DNA from: Camelus ferus
Lineage: Eukaryota
Assembly: GCF_009834535.1 (NCBI RefSeq)
Contig: NC_045697.1
Span: 34,412,001-34,476,000 of the forward strand
Reading direction: 5' to 3'
Length of the DNA stretch: 64,000 nucleotides
Part shown: piece after piece, positions 39,045-52,613 of the stretch
Layout: each line of letters begins with the position of its first letter
Position numbering within the stretch: position 1 is the stretch's first letter
Notes under the pieces: generated by a model
Told to the model about the DNA's origin: nothing
The model's input: only the letters and a program-made list of their open reading frames with translations
Database searches by the model: none
Position numbers and translations under genes: made by a program

Positions 39045-39532
39045 TGTGGTAGGCAACATAATGCTTCTCCAGAGAAGTCCACACCCCGAGTCCCAGAACT
39101 TATGAATAGGTTACTTTACATAACTTACATGGCAGAAGGGATGTTGCAGATGTAAGTTAAGGAATCTGAGATGGGGAAATTACCCTGAATTATTCAGGTG
39201 AGCCCATGGCAGTCATGGGGTCCTTATAAGCCGAAGAGGGAGGTAAGAGAGTGGGTGTCAGAACTACACAGTGTGAGAAAGACTCAGTGAGCCATTGCTT
39301 GTTTTGAAGATGGAAAGGGGCCACAAGCCAAGGAATGCAGAAGCCTCCAGAAGCTGGAAAAGGCAGGAACAGATTGCCCCCCAGAGCCTCCAGAAGGAAT
39401 GCGGTACTACCAACACTTTAACTTTAGCCCAGTGAGACCTATTTTGGGCTCTGACCTCTATAATTCTAAGGTACTATATCTGTGTTGTTTTAAGCTACCA
39501 AGTTGTTATAACAGCAATAGGAAACTAATTCA
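39045..39532 (+). mobile_element. MaLR solo LTR (MLT1D-like)
   Basis: tgtggtaggc...gcagatgtaagttaagg...acagcaataggaaactaattca. Confidence 0.85.
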
Positions 39533-39849
39533 GGCACCTTACTAAGTATCCTCACTATAGGCATCTACTGAGCTAGCCTTCCAAAAATCCAATGAAACTG
39601 CTCCTGTAATTAACTCTTCTTTATGGAGTTTGAGAGAGAAGGAAACAGAAACTTACAAGAGTTATTTAACTTACCCAAGAATTGAGTTGGAACATGACAT
39701 ACACATACGCACACACCCACACACACTTCTCACTTTGGAAAAGGTACACAAGTTAAAAAAAAAAATCAACCATTATATGCACATAAAAATTTATTTTTCT
39801 ATGATGTGAGCTTGAAATTAATTCCTTATCTTTATTTCTCTAGCCATGT

Positions 39850-41945
39850 GGTAACACATTTACTTTGCATTTTCTATGTGCCAGGAACTATGTATTTCCT
39901 CTCTGCTGAAAGTAAATTATAAAATTTAGTAAGAAGTTCTTATCATCATGATGTTTAAAGATTTGTTGAGGGGGACAGGCATGCAATCTAAAAATAAGGA
40001 CCCCGCTGCAAATGCTTTGAGAATGATATAGAGCAATCTGGTGACGGAAAGTAGAGAAGGAGCTGTCATTCCATTTGAGAAAGTCAGAAGAGGCTTCTCA
40101 GGGGAGAATGATCCACAACGTGAATCTTAAAAGATGGTTAAAGGTTTTCTAGGTTTGAGCAAAGCATTGGTGGGGAAAGAGTTGTAGTAATAGGGAATGG
40201 AGGACTTTCTAGATAGAGAGATATGCAAAAACTGAGCACCAAGTAATGAAACATGGCAAGCACACAGGCGACCGACAAGAGAAAAGGCTAGAAAGGAAGT
40301 AGAAGCCAGACTGTCAAGGGTATTCCCTTTAAAGGTTTGGAATCGATCTTGTTGTGATAGAGAACTGCTGAAGGGTCTTAAATGGGGTGAAATGTTAGGA
40401 TGATCACTCTGGCAACAGGGTGATGCTTGAAAGGGGCTAAGTCTAGCAGACTGTTAGAAGGGTATTGCAACAGTCCAAGTGAGAAAAGAGGGAGGCCTGA
40501 CCCAAGGCAAAAGCAATGAGGACAAAGGGAACATTTGGGAGAGAGCTTTTGGAGGCAAATTAAGAGAATATAACATGAAGAGTCATAGGTCCCTTCAAGG
40601 TTTCTGGTTTCAATTACTGAGAAAATGAAGTTATTTACCAAGATCGGGGTGGTAGTCATTACTGCTGTTTAGCAAATATTTTCAATTCTCTCCCATTCTA
40701 CTAGGGCACATGCTGGAGTTATGTTCTCTGGCCTCATTCTCTGTCTCTTGACATCTTTGATGTTGGTCAAAGGGTACAAACTTCTAGTTATAAGATGAGT
40801 AAGTTCTGGTGATCTACTGTATAGCATTGTGATTGTAATGAATGACATTGCATTATATGCTTTAAAAAAAGAAACTCCAGTGCTCTTTTTCTTTCTCTCT
40901 GGCATAATAACCACAAAGGTCCAAGCTGGTCCATCAATTCAGTCCCTGAATGGCCTGAATGAGCATAGCCCCCTTGCCATTTTGCAAAGGAAATGCTACA
41001 TGAGTGAGAAACTGACCTTTACTGTTTTTAAACCTCAAGCATATTAGGATTACTTTTGTTACACAGTATAGCATAGCCAGTCCTGACTAATACAAGAGAT
41101 AAAAGAAAATGAAAAATAGAAGTTGTAGAAGTTTACTTTTAGTTAGTGTAATTATTATGAATACATTGAGTATAAAATGCCTATGAAATATTCAAGGGGA
41201 AAAAAGTCTAAATCTGGAGCAATCTAAACACTCCCTACAGAAGCCCTTGCCAGGCTACCCCACAAATTCACATCTTCTTTGTGTTCCCTTGAGCACACTC
41301 TGTTTATATCAATCATATATACACTAAAGTGAAGCTGTTTTCTTGTCTGCCTTCCTCAGAGGTAGGAAGGTATATTATGCATGCCTGCATCCCAGGCACC
41401 TGGCAGAATGCTTGGCACCAGTGTAGGTCTCAATAGATATTTGTTGAATGTATGAATGATGAAGGAAGTCATGGGAGTGGATGACACTGTCAAGAAAGAT
41501 AGGGACGTAAAGTGAGAAGACTGCTTAGGACAGACACTCTAACATTTAATGGATAGATAGAAAAAGATGAGCTTAAGGAGACAGAGAAAGAGCAGCCAGA
41601 AACAGAAGGAAAATCAGAAATGATAATATCCAGGCAAAGCAGAAGAGCACTTCGAGAAGAAAGGAGTAGTCAAGACTGAGTAAGGTCATATCAGAGCATC
41701 ACATCTTAATGGAAGAAAGCATTGGTGGCATGAACAATGAACACGCTCATTCAGAACAGACGTAAACAAACAGAAAGCCTACACTCTCCATTTCAAACTC
41801 TTGTTCAAACACACATTGGTTCCAAGTGCTGCACATTCAAATAAATGCTGCACACTGGGGGCCTTGGTTAGAACAGATTTAGTAGCATGAAAAGAAGAGA
41901 AAGAGGGAAAGATCAGATTGCAGTGGATTAAGGACTGGATGAAGC
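39850..41945 (-). mobile_element. Fragmented L2 with nested MLT1, L1 and opposite-strand L2 pieces
   Basis: Purine-rich antisense L2 text, e.g. ttaggatgatcactctggc and ggtttctggtttcaattactgag. Confidence 0.55.
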
Positions 41946-42080
41946 ATAGAAATCACCTGGGGATCTTGTTAGACAGCAAATTCAGCAGGTCTGGAGATTC
42001 CAGATTCTGCATTTCATGCAAACTCCCAAGTGATGCTGACATTGTTGGTCCACGGACGACACTCGAGTACAAGGCTTTAG
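41940..42080. mobile_element. MER5A-like hAT MITE
   Basis: aatcacctggggatcttgtt...ttctgcatttc...cccaagtgatgctgac. Confidence 0.7.
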
Positions 42081-42982
42081 ACCACCCTTCCCAAAACTTT
42101 AGACATTATGCATAACCTCAGGCCTGAGCAATTAAAGGAAAAATATTCTTCAGTTTGAGAACTCTACACTGATGAATCTGCACAAAAGGCCAGGGTTATG
42201 AAAGGAATTTAGAGATTTAAATAAGGAATGTGGAGGCAGGTCATAAAAGATCATAGAAAATCTGAAAGTTCTGGTGTAAGGAAATAAGGATCTGGAAGGT
42301 TTTCCGTTTTATAATGGTACTCAAAATACAACATTATAAGTTAGGAAGTTAAGATTCTTATCATTCCAAATTCTTGTAAAAGCCCCAAGCTGCTAAGAAA
42401 TTTGCTAAGAGAAAAACTACAGTTAAGTTCAATAATCTTCAGCTCCTTTAGCATTTCTGAAGAAGAAAATCACTTTTATAGAGGAAAATTTCTCTTGAGT
42501 TCAAGGAAAACGGACTATGTACCATATTTCCTACACTTCTGACCATACTAATTTCCTTCTTCATTGCATGACAGAAATTTAAAAATTAATAAGCCCCATG
42601 TAGACTTTTCACAGTATTAAGAAAACTAGGAAAGTAACCTTAGGCCATTCTTCATAAGCTTAAAGCTAAAACAAAGAAAATTTATTCTAAATGTGGATGA
42701 GTGGACAAGTCTTTGAAACCAAGTCTTCAACAGCTGGGAAAGAAAAAGAAGCATTCTAACAAGCTTTTTGGACCATAACTTTGGTGAAATCAAATTGAGA
42801 TGATTAAGTCTGCAAAAATCAGTTCAGACCATACTCCAAAGCACCACATTTGTAGAGCAATTGCAATAACTCCCCATTTCTTCTCCCTGCCACATAGTCT
42901 ACCCTTGCTCCACATAGCTGGCAAAGGCACATTTTCACAGCCCTAAGCGGATCAATCACGCCTACTCTATTATCCCCTACTC

Positions 42983-43063
42983 CAGTCATCCCCCACTCCA
43001 CCATCCTCATGGTGAAGTTCCATCAGTCATCCCCTACTCCATCATCCTTATGATGAAGTTCAT
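42983..43063. repeat. Imperfect 41-bp tandem duplication inside an L2 fragment (about 42820-43330)
   Basis: cagtcatccc(c/t)actcca(c/t)catcct(c/t)atg(g/a)tgaagttc at 42983 and 43024. Confidence 0.85.
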
Positions 43064-44959
43064 GTTTAAAGTGTCCCACCTCAGGGAAGGCTTTTCCCAT
43101 CTCACTTCAGACCAGGTTCAGACCCTTTCATCAGTTCCCAAAGAAACTGTCTCTTCCCACATAGGAGTTAACTTCGTAGTAATTAACCAATTGTGTGATC
43201 ATTTTCAAGCCCCTCTCCCTCACTGAACTATGAAACCCACAAGGGTAGGCTAGATTCAGGGCTGTACCCAATGCTTATGGGATATAGCCTTGAACTTAAC
43301 AGGCACTCAGTAAATGTTTGTTAAAGGAATAAACAGTATCAAATTATACCTACAATTTTGTGTCTGTTAAATGGGCTCAACATATCAACACAATTTTACT
43401 GTAAATGTTGCATATATATGTTTCTGTATTATTTATGTATTGACACATAATTTAAGGCAGGTGTCGTCTAATCTCTGATAACGTGTTCCACAGCACAAGC
43501 TGATTCTTTTGCTCGTGATGGCAGTGTAACCAGCTGCCAGTCCAGTTCTTGTAAGAGAGGAATGAGTCTATGAATGTAATGCTCAGGCCTGAGCATAGAA
43601 GTCGCCCAGAAGTCAGGTGAAACAACATCACACTGCAGATGTAGCAGTTGGTCAACTTTATTCCTTCCTAGCTACTTTATTGGCAATTAAACTATGCTAT
43701 GGCAATGGCTTGGTCATAGGGTTATGGGTTTATGGATTATGGGATTACTATGCCAGAAGGTCATAGCACACAGATTTCAGTTCTTGTGGATAGAGTTAAA
43801 AGGAGATAAGCACATTTTTGGTCAATTTTTGAGTGAACTAGAGCTATTTATTAAATCACTATCTAATATTAACAGTTATGTTCATAAGCAAAAACAACTT
43901 TCATTATGAACTTTGTCACTTTATAAAATCACATTCATAGATATTATCTCATTTGACTTCCATAATAATTCTGTGATGTGAATAAGAATCATGTACCTAT
44001 CCCACAGAGAAGGTAAAACATCTGACCGGAAGTCACACATCTAGTAAATGGAAGAGTAAGATGCCAAACCCAGACCTCCGAGTGTCCAGCTATACGTTTT
44101 CTTCTATGTCATATGGCCTTTCAGTATTAGACTGTATCTGAAGAAATAAAAACCTGAGTATAATATTGTACTTTTCCCACTCTTCAATTTTCCTTTCAAT
44201 TTCTTTCAAAAACACCAATCTTTGGAACCAGACTATCTGCTGATTTTAGAAATACTACACTAAATTAAACTAAACCTTTGTAGCTCCAGCTTCAGTTGAA
44301 GGGATTGAGGAAAGAAACAATTTGCTACTGCTTTCCTCTATAACCTGCTGCTAAAATAATTCCTCAGAAAGTCCAACTCTCTTATCTTTAGAAATCTTTT
44401 TGCCCTCTTCACTTTATGCACGAGGGAAGCCCCAATAGACAAAATTAAAGACACAGAGTGCATCTTGTTTGTTAGCATAAGGCTTCTATTACCTTTTCCT
44501 AACCAATAATCCCCTCACTATCACCTCTTTGTCCTTTGAAGCCAGAGCTCCTGTTATATGCACACATGGCATTCCAGCATCCCTAGCAACCCTTACAGAC
44601 CCAGAAATAACCACAAGACTTTGAAAGAGCATGGAGTTATCAACTCAAACCAAACAGAACATTTTTTAAAATAAAGCAGAATTTAATGTGGTTTTTTTAA
44701 AACAAAGATATAAAATGATTTTATTGCTCATCACAGCAACAAACATCTGTTATATAAAACAGGAAATGTTCATTTGGGCAGATATTATTTAATATATCTA
44801 TATCAAATCACCTGGTACAGAATCTATGAAAAGAATGTTTTTGAAGACTGTTGGGAAAATCCCACTTTCTAAAGGTCACCTACATATAAGTCAAAATAGC
44901 ACTTAGAGAAGCTTACAAATTGGTACACTTCCTAATCACACAAAAGTGATTTAAAAAAA

Positions 44960-45525
44960 AAATTCTGCTCCTACGTATAAACCCAAGAGAAATGGAAACA
45001 TATTTCCACACAGAAACTTGTACATGAAAGTTCAGAGCACCATTATTCATAAAAGCCAGAAGACAGAAACAACTAAAATGTCCATCAATTGATAAATGGA
45101 ATTTTTTAATGTGGTCAATCCATGCAACAGAGTACTATTTGGCCTTCAGGTATCAGGTGTTGATACATACTACAACATAGATGAAAATATTACACGCAAT
45201 GAAAGAAGTCAGTCACAAAAACCACTCGTGGTCATATGAAATGTCTAGAATAAGGAAATCTAGAGAGACAGAAAGTAGGTTAGTGATTGCTTAGGGCTGG
45301 GGCAAGGCGGGGGGATAGAAAGTTGGGGGTGATCACCAGAAGGGAACAGACTTTCCTCTTGAGGCAATGAAAATCTTCCAAAAATGACTGTGGTGATGGT
45401 TACGCTTACCTGTGATTATATTCAAAATGACTGAAATACACACACTTTACATGGGTGAATTGTATGGTCTGTAAAGTGTATTTCAATAAAGCCATTAAAA
45501 AAGTTTAAATTTAATAAATAAATTA
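44960..45525 (+). mobile_element. L1MB 3' end
   Basis: acccaagagaaatggaaacatatttccacacagaaacttgtac...gtgaattgtatggtctgtaaagtgtatttcaataaagc. Confidence 0.85.
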
Positions 45526-45699
45526 ATTAAAGTAATCCAGTTAAAGCACTGTTTTAATAGCACCCCTCCTCTGCTCAGTGCCCTCTAAGCACTGAGGTAC
45601 TTGAAAGTGTGTTTCAGACTGATTCAGCATTCTACCTGAGAATGAAAGGAAGCATTCTTCACTGTGTGTGAGCCGTTCCACCACACAGCATCCTGAGAA

Positions 45700-46005
45700 T
45701 CCGACTGGTAAAAATAATGGTGGTAACACTGAGGTATGAGCCTCTACCAGACGGACCCTCCCAGACATAATAACAATTACAAAGTCTGGACAAATACAAA
45801 AAAGCAACTCCCTGAAGGCATGGGAAAGGAAACAAAAGCAGGCCAAGTCTGGAGGGGAGTGGGGTCTTGGAAGAAGTGAGTGGCAGGGATGAGTTTCAGG
45901 ATTTTGCCCTGCCTTTAGCTCGAGAGCAGCCCGCAGCTGGCCCCACATGGGGCAGGGTGATTCAAACCCCAGCAGAAAACCTGCAGGCTTCATGGCCTGA
46001 GGCAC
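45700..46005 (+). mobile_element. Old L1M 5' UTR fragment
   Basis: ataacaattacaaagtctggacaaatacaaaaaagcaactccctgaaggc resembles L1MC/MD 5' ends. Confidence 0.5.
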
Positions 46006-47348
46006 TTTCCGTCCTCTTCCTACTTGTCACCCTGTGACCTGTGATGTGACTCTCTGCCCTTGGTTTCTGTGAAACCCAGCATTTCCGGGTTCCTTCCCAT
46101 CTTCTCAAACCACTTTTCCTGTATCTCTTGATCCTTCCTCTTTGTCTCCCCTAAATACCAGCAGCCTCCAGGCTTTCCCTCAGCTTTTCATCAGTCCACT
46201 TCCTCCCCCCGGGTTCATCTACCCCTGCTGCTTCCTCTACTACCGGAGCCTCCTGCCTTTGTAGCTGCTGTCAGCCTCCCTTCTGGATAGTTCTAGTTGC
46301 AGACCAGTAACAGTAGGGGTGGAAGTTAAATTCTAAAGTCAGCACAGAAGCCAAAATCTCAGACAGATTCACAGTTTCCCTTAAAATTCCCTTAGGAAGG
46401 AAAGGTGTTAGTGCTTTTTTTTTTTTTTTTTTTTAGTTTTCCAACAGAGTAGTTTACTTTTAAATATACCTTACAAATATTATTTGATGATTTATAATAA
46501 CTGATTGGAAAGAAATAATGATTTGAAATACAGAAAAACCTGCATGAATTATATTCTTACATTTTAAAAGGTTACCTGCCTAGAATATGTTATTAATAGA
46601 GGATCTGGGAGGCTTAGGGAGATACACAGTTTGAAGCCATTTCTTAAAGTTCTTTTTTAAGATTACTCAGAGTTGCTTGAGGGAGGACAAGCAGAGCTGA
46701 TGTCTGATTGTGTTGGGGGCACCTTCCTCTGCACAGCAAAGTTAATTTACTTCCATGGTTTGGTGTTAGAGTTCTTATGTTCTTCCATTTCTTGGCTCAG
46801 CCTTTACTGTTGAATTTGTTCAAGATAAACGCCCTTAAACTATGATTCCACTATATTTGTTTGTCCCACAAAGTATCTCCAACTTAGCATGTCCAAACTG
46901 AACTTCCAGCCTGCCTCCATCTACCTGCACCCCACTTCTTCACCTTTACTTCCTATATTAACAGATGGCACCAAAGTCAACCTGGTTGCCCAAGCCAGAA
47001 ATCCAGGAGTCTACCTTGACTCCTCTTTCTCCCTCACACCAAAATTCAGTCTTGGTTTCTGTTGATTTTAATGCACCAAATACCTTAGTCCAGGCCCTTA
47101 TCATCTTTTACTTGGACCATAGCCAGTCACCATATTGGTCTCCCTCACCTTCATCTCTTTCCACTCCCAACCCCCTGCAGTCTATCCAGGTCTGCTGTCT
47201 TTTGCAAGTGCAAATCTGATCAGATTTCTTCCTACTCGGAAAGATCCCCCAATGGTCGTACCACCACCTATAGCAGTAGAAATCACTCTTCTAAATCACA
47301 CAAATTTTAATTTTAACTTCATTTTCCTTTAATAACAGCATCACTCAC

Positions 47349-47493
47349 CAACAAAGGAGAGCAGGATCACCAGCAGGACAATGAGAGCACAGATACACGG
47401 AATCAGGACCAGCAACAGGAAACGGAGAGTAGTAACAGTCGCCAGCTTCTGAGAGCAGCCATCACCCATGTTATTGTCATCAGCTCCCAAGAC
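47349..47493 (-). CDS. CORIN: CORIN coding exon 2 (145 bp): cytoplasmic tail with DDNN motif, internal Met, transmembrane helix
   Basis: Translates VLGADDNNMGDGCSQKLATVTTLRFLLLVLIPCICALIVLLVILLSFV(G), near-identical to human corin as recalled (VLRADDNNMGNGCSQKLATANLLRFLLLVLIPCICAL...). Acceptor cttcag|GTC, donor GTTG|gtgagt. Starts in phase 0, ends in phase 1. Confidence 0.97.
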
Positions 47494-48415
47494 CTGAAGC
47501 AGGTGAAGAAAACAAAACATGGCTGCAATATTACAAAGCAACTCAGTACATCGTCTGAAATGGTACAGCTGTCCGTTCAGAGCAGCAGCATTCCTGAGAG
47601 ATTTTACTGTGTGTACTTTAAGGCATGTAATGAGGTTAGTCACCAAATCATATTAATAAAAAAATAACTGTACAAACCACATTCACGGCAGAGCAAATCA
47701 TCCATTTCTGAAATGTTTTTCAGGAGTATATGAACTTGTAATGATATTCCATCTCGATTTTTGCCAACTTGCCAATAAAATACATTGGCCAATTTGGTAC
47801 TATTCCAAGGGCTCTGAATTACCATGGCAAGAACTCACCTTGGCCTAGAGCTCTAAGCAAAGATGGCCTAATACAGTGATAAAATGTTGGTGAGGAGCTG
47901 AAGACACATTATCCAGACTTCATTCTTATTTGTCTCATTAGTCCTAACTCAAATCTTCACGAATCTGGATAAAGTAAGTTTTTAGCAATTAATAATTTAG
48001 CAAGATTGAGTATTACTGGCCATGTATTTAAGGGCAAGTTGAAAAAGAGCATATTCTGTGGGCCACTGACACTCTCTCAGGACACACTCCTCAGTCCACA
48101 CTGCCCCTGCCACCCATCTATTTGTGAGAGATGAGATGCAACAGTGACGGCTCAACAAAATAATGTTCTTGTCTTCAAACAGTTTAAATTTTGCTTAGCT
48201 GCATCTCTTGCCAGAAACGATGTCTGTGTACTTTTTAAAATTCTCCATGAGATAGATTATTTGAAAGAACATAAGATGTGAGCTTGAGAATGGCTTGAAT
48301 CCTAGATTAATGTCTTTGCTGACCCATTCCCTCTGCACCTGATTTAATCTACCAGCCGATGTGAGATCATTCAGAGTTAATTTACAATTTGATCTGCAAG
48401 ATGAAGTGGCATTGT

Positions 48416-48815
48416 GTTGGAGGAGGTCATGGAGAGGACATGACCCACCAGTTGACAGCCGAGCTGGACTCAGGCAATCGGAGGCTCCTCACCCTCTCTT
48501 TTGTCCTTGGAATGTACATTATGTCCACTGTTCCCACAGCTGTTTTCAAGGTCACAGCCTTGAGAGAGCAAGGTGTTGTTGAGACCATATGGATGGTATA
48601 CATGACTGAAACCCATTAAGGCTTCTATATAAACTCTGATTGGCGTGGAGATTTAGTCACCCTTGCCCAAGACAAACCTTGCATGTAAGTTCCCTTGCTT
48701 ATTAAAACCACCACCTACCAATCTGGAGGTGGGCTGCCTCTTTCTTCAGTCACTCCCTTCCCCCCTCCTTTTATGGGATCCAGTTCCAGAATTCACCCAA
48801 GTTTGTGAACCAATA
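48416..48815 (+). mobile_element. LTR-like element of unassigned family
   Basis: TATA box tatataaa at about 48625, ATTAAA at 48701, LTR-like composition. Ends are uncertain. Confidence 0.5.
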
Positions 48816-50099
48816 CGCTGATACAATTTAAGATCTGCAACAGCACATTGATTACAACACCAGCATTGGGTGGGTGGTGCCCATTCAGGCACGGAGATAA
48901 CACTTACCTATAAAAAGCAAGTGTGGGACTGCAGCCCAACAGAGGTAGAACTGACTTATTTCATTTACTCAACAAGTAGTTATTGAACAGCTACTAATTA
49001 TAATAAGTGTACTGAAGGATATAACAATGATTTCAGACCAACTGTCCCACAGAAGCTCACCATCTTGCAGGAAAGAAAGATACATACATAAATAACTATA
49101 TTACAAGGTAGTAAATGATAAATACCATGACAGTTACAGGAATTCAGAAGATAGGAATATGGCTTCTTGCTAGAGGATCAGGTAAGACATTGTAGAGAAC
49201 CAGCACTTGAATGAGCCATGATTCTCAGAAAAGTACCCCTGAAAAGCCCTGTTATAGTTTAGAAGGGTGGTAAAATATATCTGGAAAGGTAAGGAGTTAT
49301 GGGTTTTCTTTGGCTTCTGCAATAATAGAAAACGTGTCTTTGTTAAGGTGGTCACAGGAGCATTTCGGGGTGCACCTTCTTGGGTGGTAAATTCACAATG
49401 GCTTCCGTGTTAGCTGGAATCCTGTGGCCAAATACACCCCATTCAGTATTCATAAGTGAAGCATCAGTAGAGAAAGTGCCAGAGGTTCAGTTTACTATCT
49501 CGTGAAAGTCTGTATCAATAAATACTTGACCTCCAGAAACCATATTCACAATTAGTCCAAATGTTTCCTCCAGCGACCAGGAAATTGATTACTTTTATCA
49601 AAGGGAGAAGAGGAGGAAATACTTAGAAGAGATTCAGCACCAAGAAATACTTAGGAGAAATCTCAACGCTCCTCAAATGCATAACTTTTCTCCTGCCTTC
49701 ATGGCTACTTGGGGCTACTGCTGTAAATGCTGCATTATTCAGAGGCCCTTTAAGGTTCCTCTGAAAATAATGCATCTCTTGAACTTGACTGTTGAGGGAA
49801 TAATGCCAGATGAGATAAACTGCTAGGACAATTCCTAAGCTTCATTTCAGCCCTCTCTCCAGAAGGCACCCTCTTCCAGAAATTACCCTCCACATACTTA
49901 AAACTGTAAGCCAAGCACAGGCACAGCATCCCATGGTGCGGAGAGGTAGCAACGCACCTGGCTGACCTGCACATATTTCAAATATGTAGTTCTTATGTTT
50001 TATTAATCCTGTTGGTGAAAACTCACTTCTTATATCTTAAAAACTACATCTACTTTAAAAGGCATTGTGTTGGCTTACATAACATGTATGGAAACAATC

Positions 50100-51470
50100 T
50101 GCCTAACTGGGTTACCTGGAGCCACTGGCTCCATTGAGAGGCCTTCTCATCCCTCTCTTCTACATTCTTAACTCTGTTACACTTCTCTCCCAGCTTGCTG
50201 ATTCAACTTTTCTCATGACGGTCATTCTCTAACTCTTCAGGACCCTCCTGAATCTCTAATCCCTCTATCTTCTCCCGGGATATCAACTCTCTCCTTTTTT
50301 CACTTCCTTACATATCATCTTTAGAGTCTTTGGGCCATTATTTCAATGGTATTCTTGCTAATGCCCTGAACCCCCTTACCCATCCAGATTTTCTTCTCAT
50401 CCATCTTGTAAAAGCCAACACCAGATGAATCCAACAGTCTTCTCTCTCTGTATCTACACTTGGACAGTTGAATGTGGCAGTAAAAAGTCACCCAACAGGA
50501 CTACTTGATGGCTGATTTAAAGTCTTCATTCTCCCCTAATCACCTTTTCCCACTCTTCTGCCCACACTTTCAGAAGAGGGTCCATCCCAATTCCCACCCT
50601 ACACAGAGAATAATAACCATCAAATGAGAACTGCCTCACCTACCTAAATTTCAGCCTACACACCAGCTCGTTTATGGACCCTTCTCTATAGAGATGCTAC
50701 TTAAGACTCCTACTGTTCAAGACTAACCTTTCCACGTGTATCACCGACTTCATTTCCTTCTCCCTTGTCAGGAATTTGACATCTTAATTCTCCATTGAAT
50801 CATATATCCAGTCTTGATTTACCTTTTTCCCTCTCCCTCTCTTTCTCTCTTTCTCCTATACCACTGCTATCAGCTTTTTACTATGTTAAGGTCTCTCCCA
50901 GTCATTTTTTCAATCCATCCTCAAGCCTGTATCTCACTTCAGCCACTGTCCTCTCTCCTTTCTCATCCAAAATGATCTGATAGTTGTTAATATTTATTGT
51001 CCAAATTTCCTCACTTAACTCTCTACCTTTGTGACGTCAATTTAACACCCACTTCTGTCACTGCACCAAAGGAGCTTTTGCTATGGTCACCAATGACCTC
51101 CATGTTGCTCTATCCAAATGACATTTTTCAGTCATCCTTGTAATGACATCTCAGTGTCATTTGACAGATCAAATTCTCAGCCATTCCCATATTCTTCAAG
51201 CTCTTTTCCCCTTTGACTTCTCCTTCTGTAAGCTCTTCTCTCACGTTCACTTTCTCCAGGCAGTGCCACCCACACAAACAGCATCACCAGCCCTACACGT
51301 GTGACTTATATCTTTAAGTAGCAAGCATATTTTTTTTTCTCTGAGCTCCAGACCTTTTATACAACTGGCCATTGGATGTCTCCTCAGTGGAGGCTGCAAA
51401 AATACCCCAAACCCAACAGGTCTGAAGCCAAATAATCTTCATGCCCACATCTGGTATTCTTCCATGGCTC
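50100..51470 (+). mobile_element. Long L2 remnant
   Basis: Pyrimidine-rich L2 text: ggtcaccaatgacctccatgttgc...ctctgagctccagacc. Confidence 0.75.
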
Positions 51471-52396
51471 CCTATCTCAGGAAGAGGTCATTGAGCACCT
51501 GTTCTGTGTCAGGCACTGTTTGGGCACTCGGGATACACCACTGTGCAAAGCAAAGCTCTCCAGCCTCACAGATCCGGCATACGAGTAGCAACTGCCATCA
51601 GGTCTCCGCTGGAACCCTGAAAATGCTCCTCTTGTCTGGGTCACCTCTATCTATTCTTGTACTCCCTAATTTTCCTCCACAGTACAGCCAGAGGGAGAAA
51701 GAGGCAGTGTATCACTGAAAGATGGAAAAAGAAAACATGAAAAATGATCCCCAAACTGAACTAACTCACTCAGGAGATTCAGAGTCTGGAACCAGAGCTG
51801 ATTTAAGAGAACCACATACCTAGTGGATTGGCAGAGATTTAGGGGAGGGCTTTGGACTTCCACAGGAGTGGATGGGATTCAAGTCCATTTTAGTAAAATT
51901 TCAAAGGTCATGGCGACCAGAGTTGGTATTTCAGGTACATTAGTCTTGACCCTGTTCCGCCTTCCTGCAGCACTGGACTTCATTAACACCTGGCACATTC
52001 TTGGGAATACCTCCACAGCTGCAAATGGCAAAAACGGCTCAAGAACGAGGAGACACCTGCCATGGATCCTTCAAATGGAATTTTCCCTCCTGATCTCAGG
52101 GGCAGGACTTACCGAAAAGCCAAAGACCCAGAAACATTTGACTGGGGATATTAGACATGGAAATAGCTGCTAACCACCAGGTTAGGACAAAGCAGACATT
52201 CAACCCAGAAGGAACCAAGTGACTTCTTAGGGGCAACAGCCTTCCCCTCTCCACAACTCCCCACATTCCGAGTAGGTGTAAGTGGCTGGAAACTACACAC
52301 GCTCACTCCTCACTCTGATTGTTGGGCTATGTAAGAACGATTTTTCAATCAGTCTGACTCTCCTGCATGATACATTTTACATTTTACATAGAGAGT

Positions 52397-52613
52397 CAGG
52401 GTCAGCAAACCATAGGCCACAGGCCAAACCCAGCCACTGCCTGTTTTTATACATAAAGTTTTATTGGCAGACAACCATGTTCATTCATTTGTATATTGTT
52501 AGAGCTGCTTTCCTGTGACAGCAACAGCACAGAGTAGTTACAACAGAGCCACCTGGCTCACCAGGCCTAAAATATTTACGATCTGGCCCTTCACAGAAGT
52601 TTGCCAACTCCTG
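52397..52613 (+). mobile_element. MER58A hAT-Charlie MITE
   Basis: TIRs cagggtcagcaaac / gtttgccaactcctg, internal aaagttttattgg and aaaatatttacgatctggccctt. Confidence 0.88.

Noticed and set aside
11710..43063. CRISPR-like arrays from the 38-41 bp repeats at 11710, 18249 and 42983
   Set aside because: These are unrelated two-copy tandem duplications with no spacers, in a eukaryotic intron.
45541..46005. 154-aa minus-strand ORF and the other short ORFs in the track
   Set aside because: It lies antisense to an L1 5' UTR remnant. The remaining ORFs fall in repeats or show no recognisable homology or splice support.
47341..47646. ORF-track proteins overlapping exons (also 36050-36505 and 5136-5408) treated as single-exon genes
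   Set aside because: Only the parts between splice sites match corin. The extensions are intron read-through.
47825..47845. Strong donor AAG|GTGAGT near 47838 (a similar one near 686) as an extra exon
   Set aside because: I found no convincing matching acceptor or coding similarity upstream, and isolated donor motifs are common in long introns.
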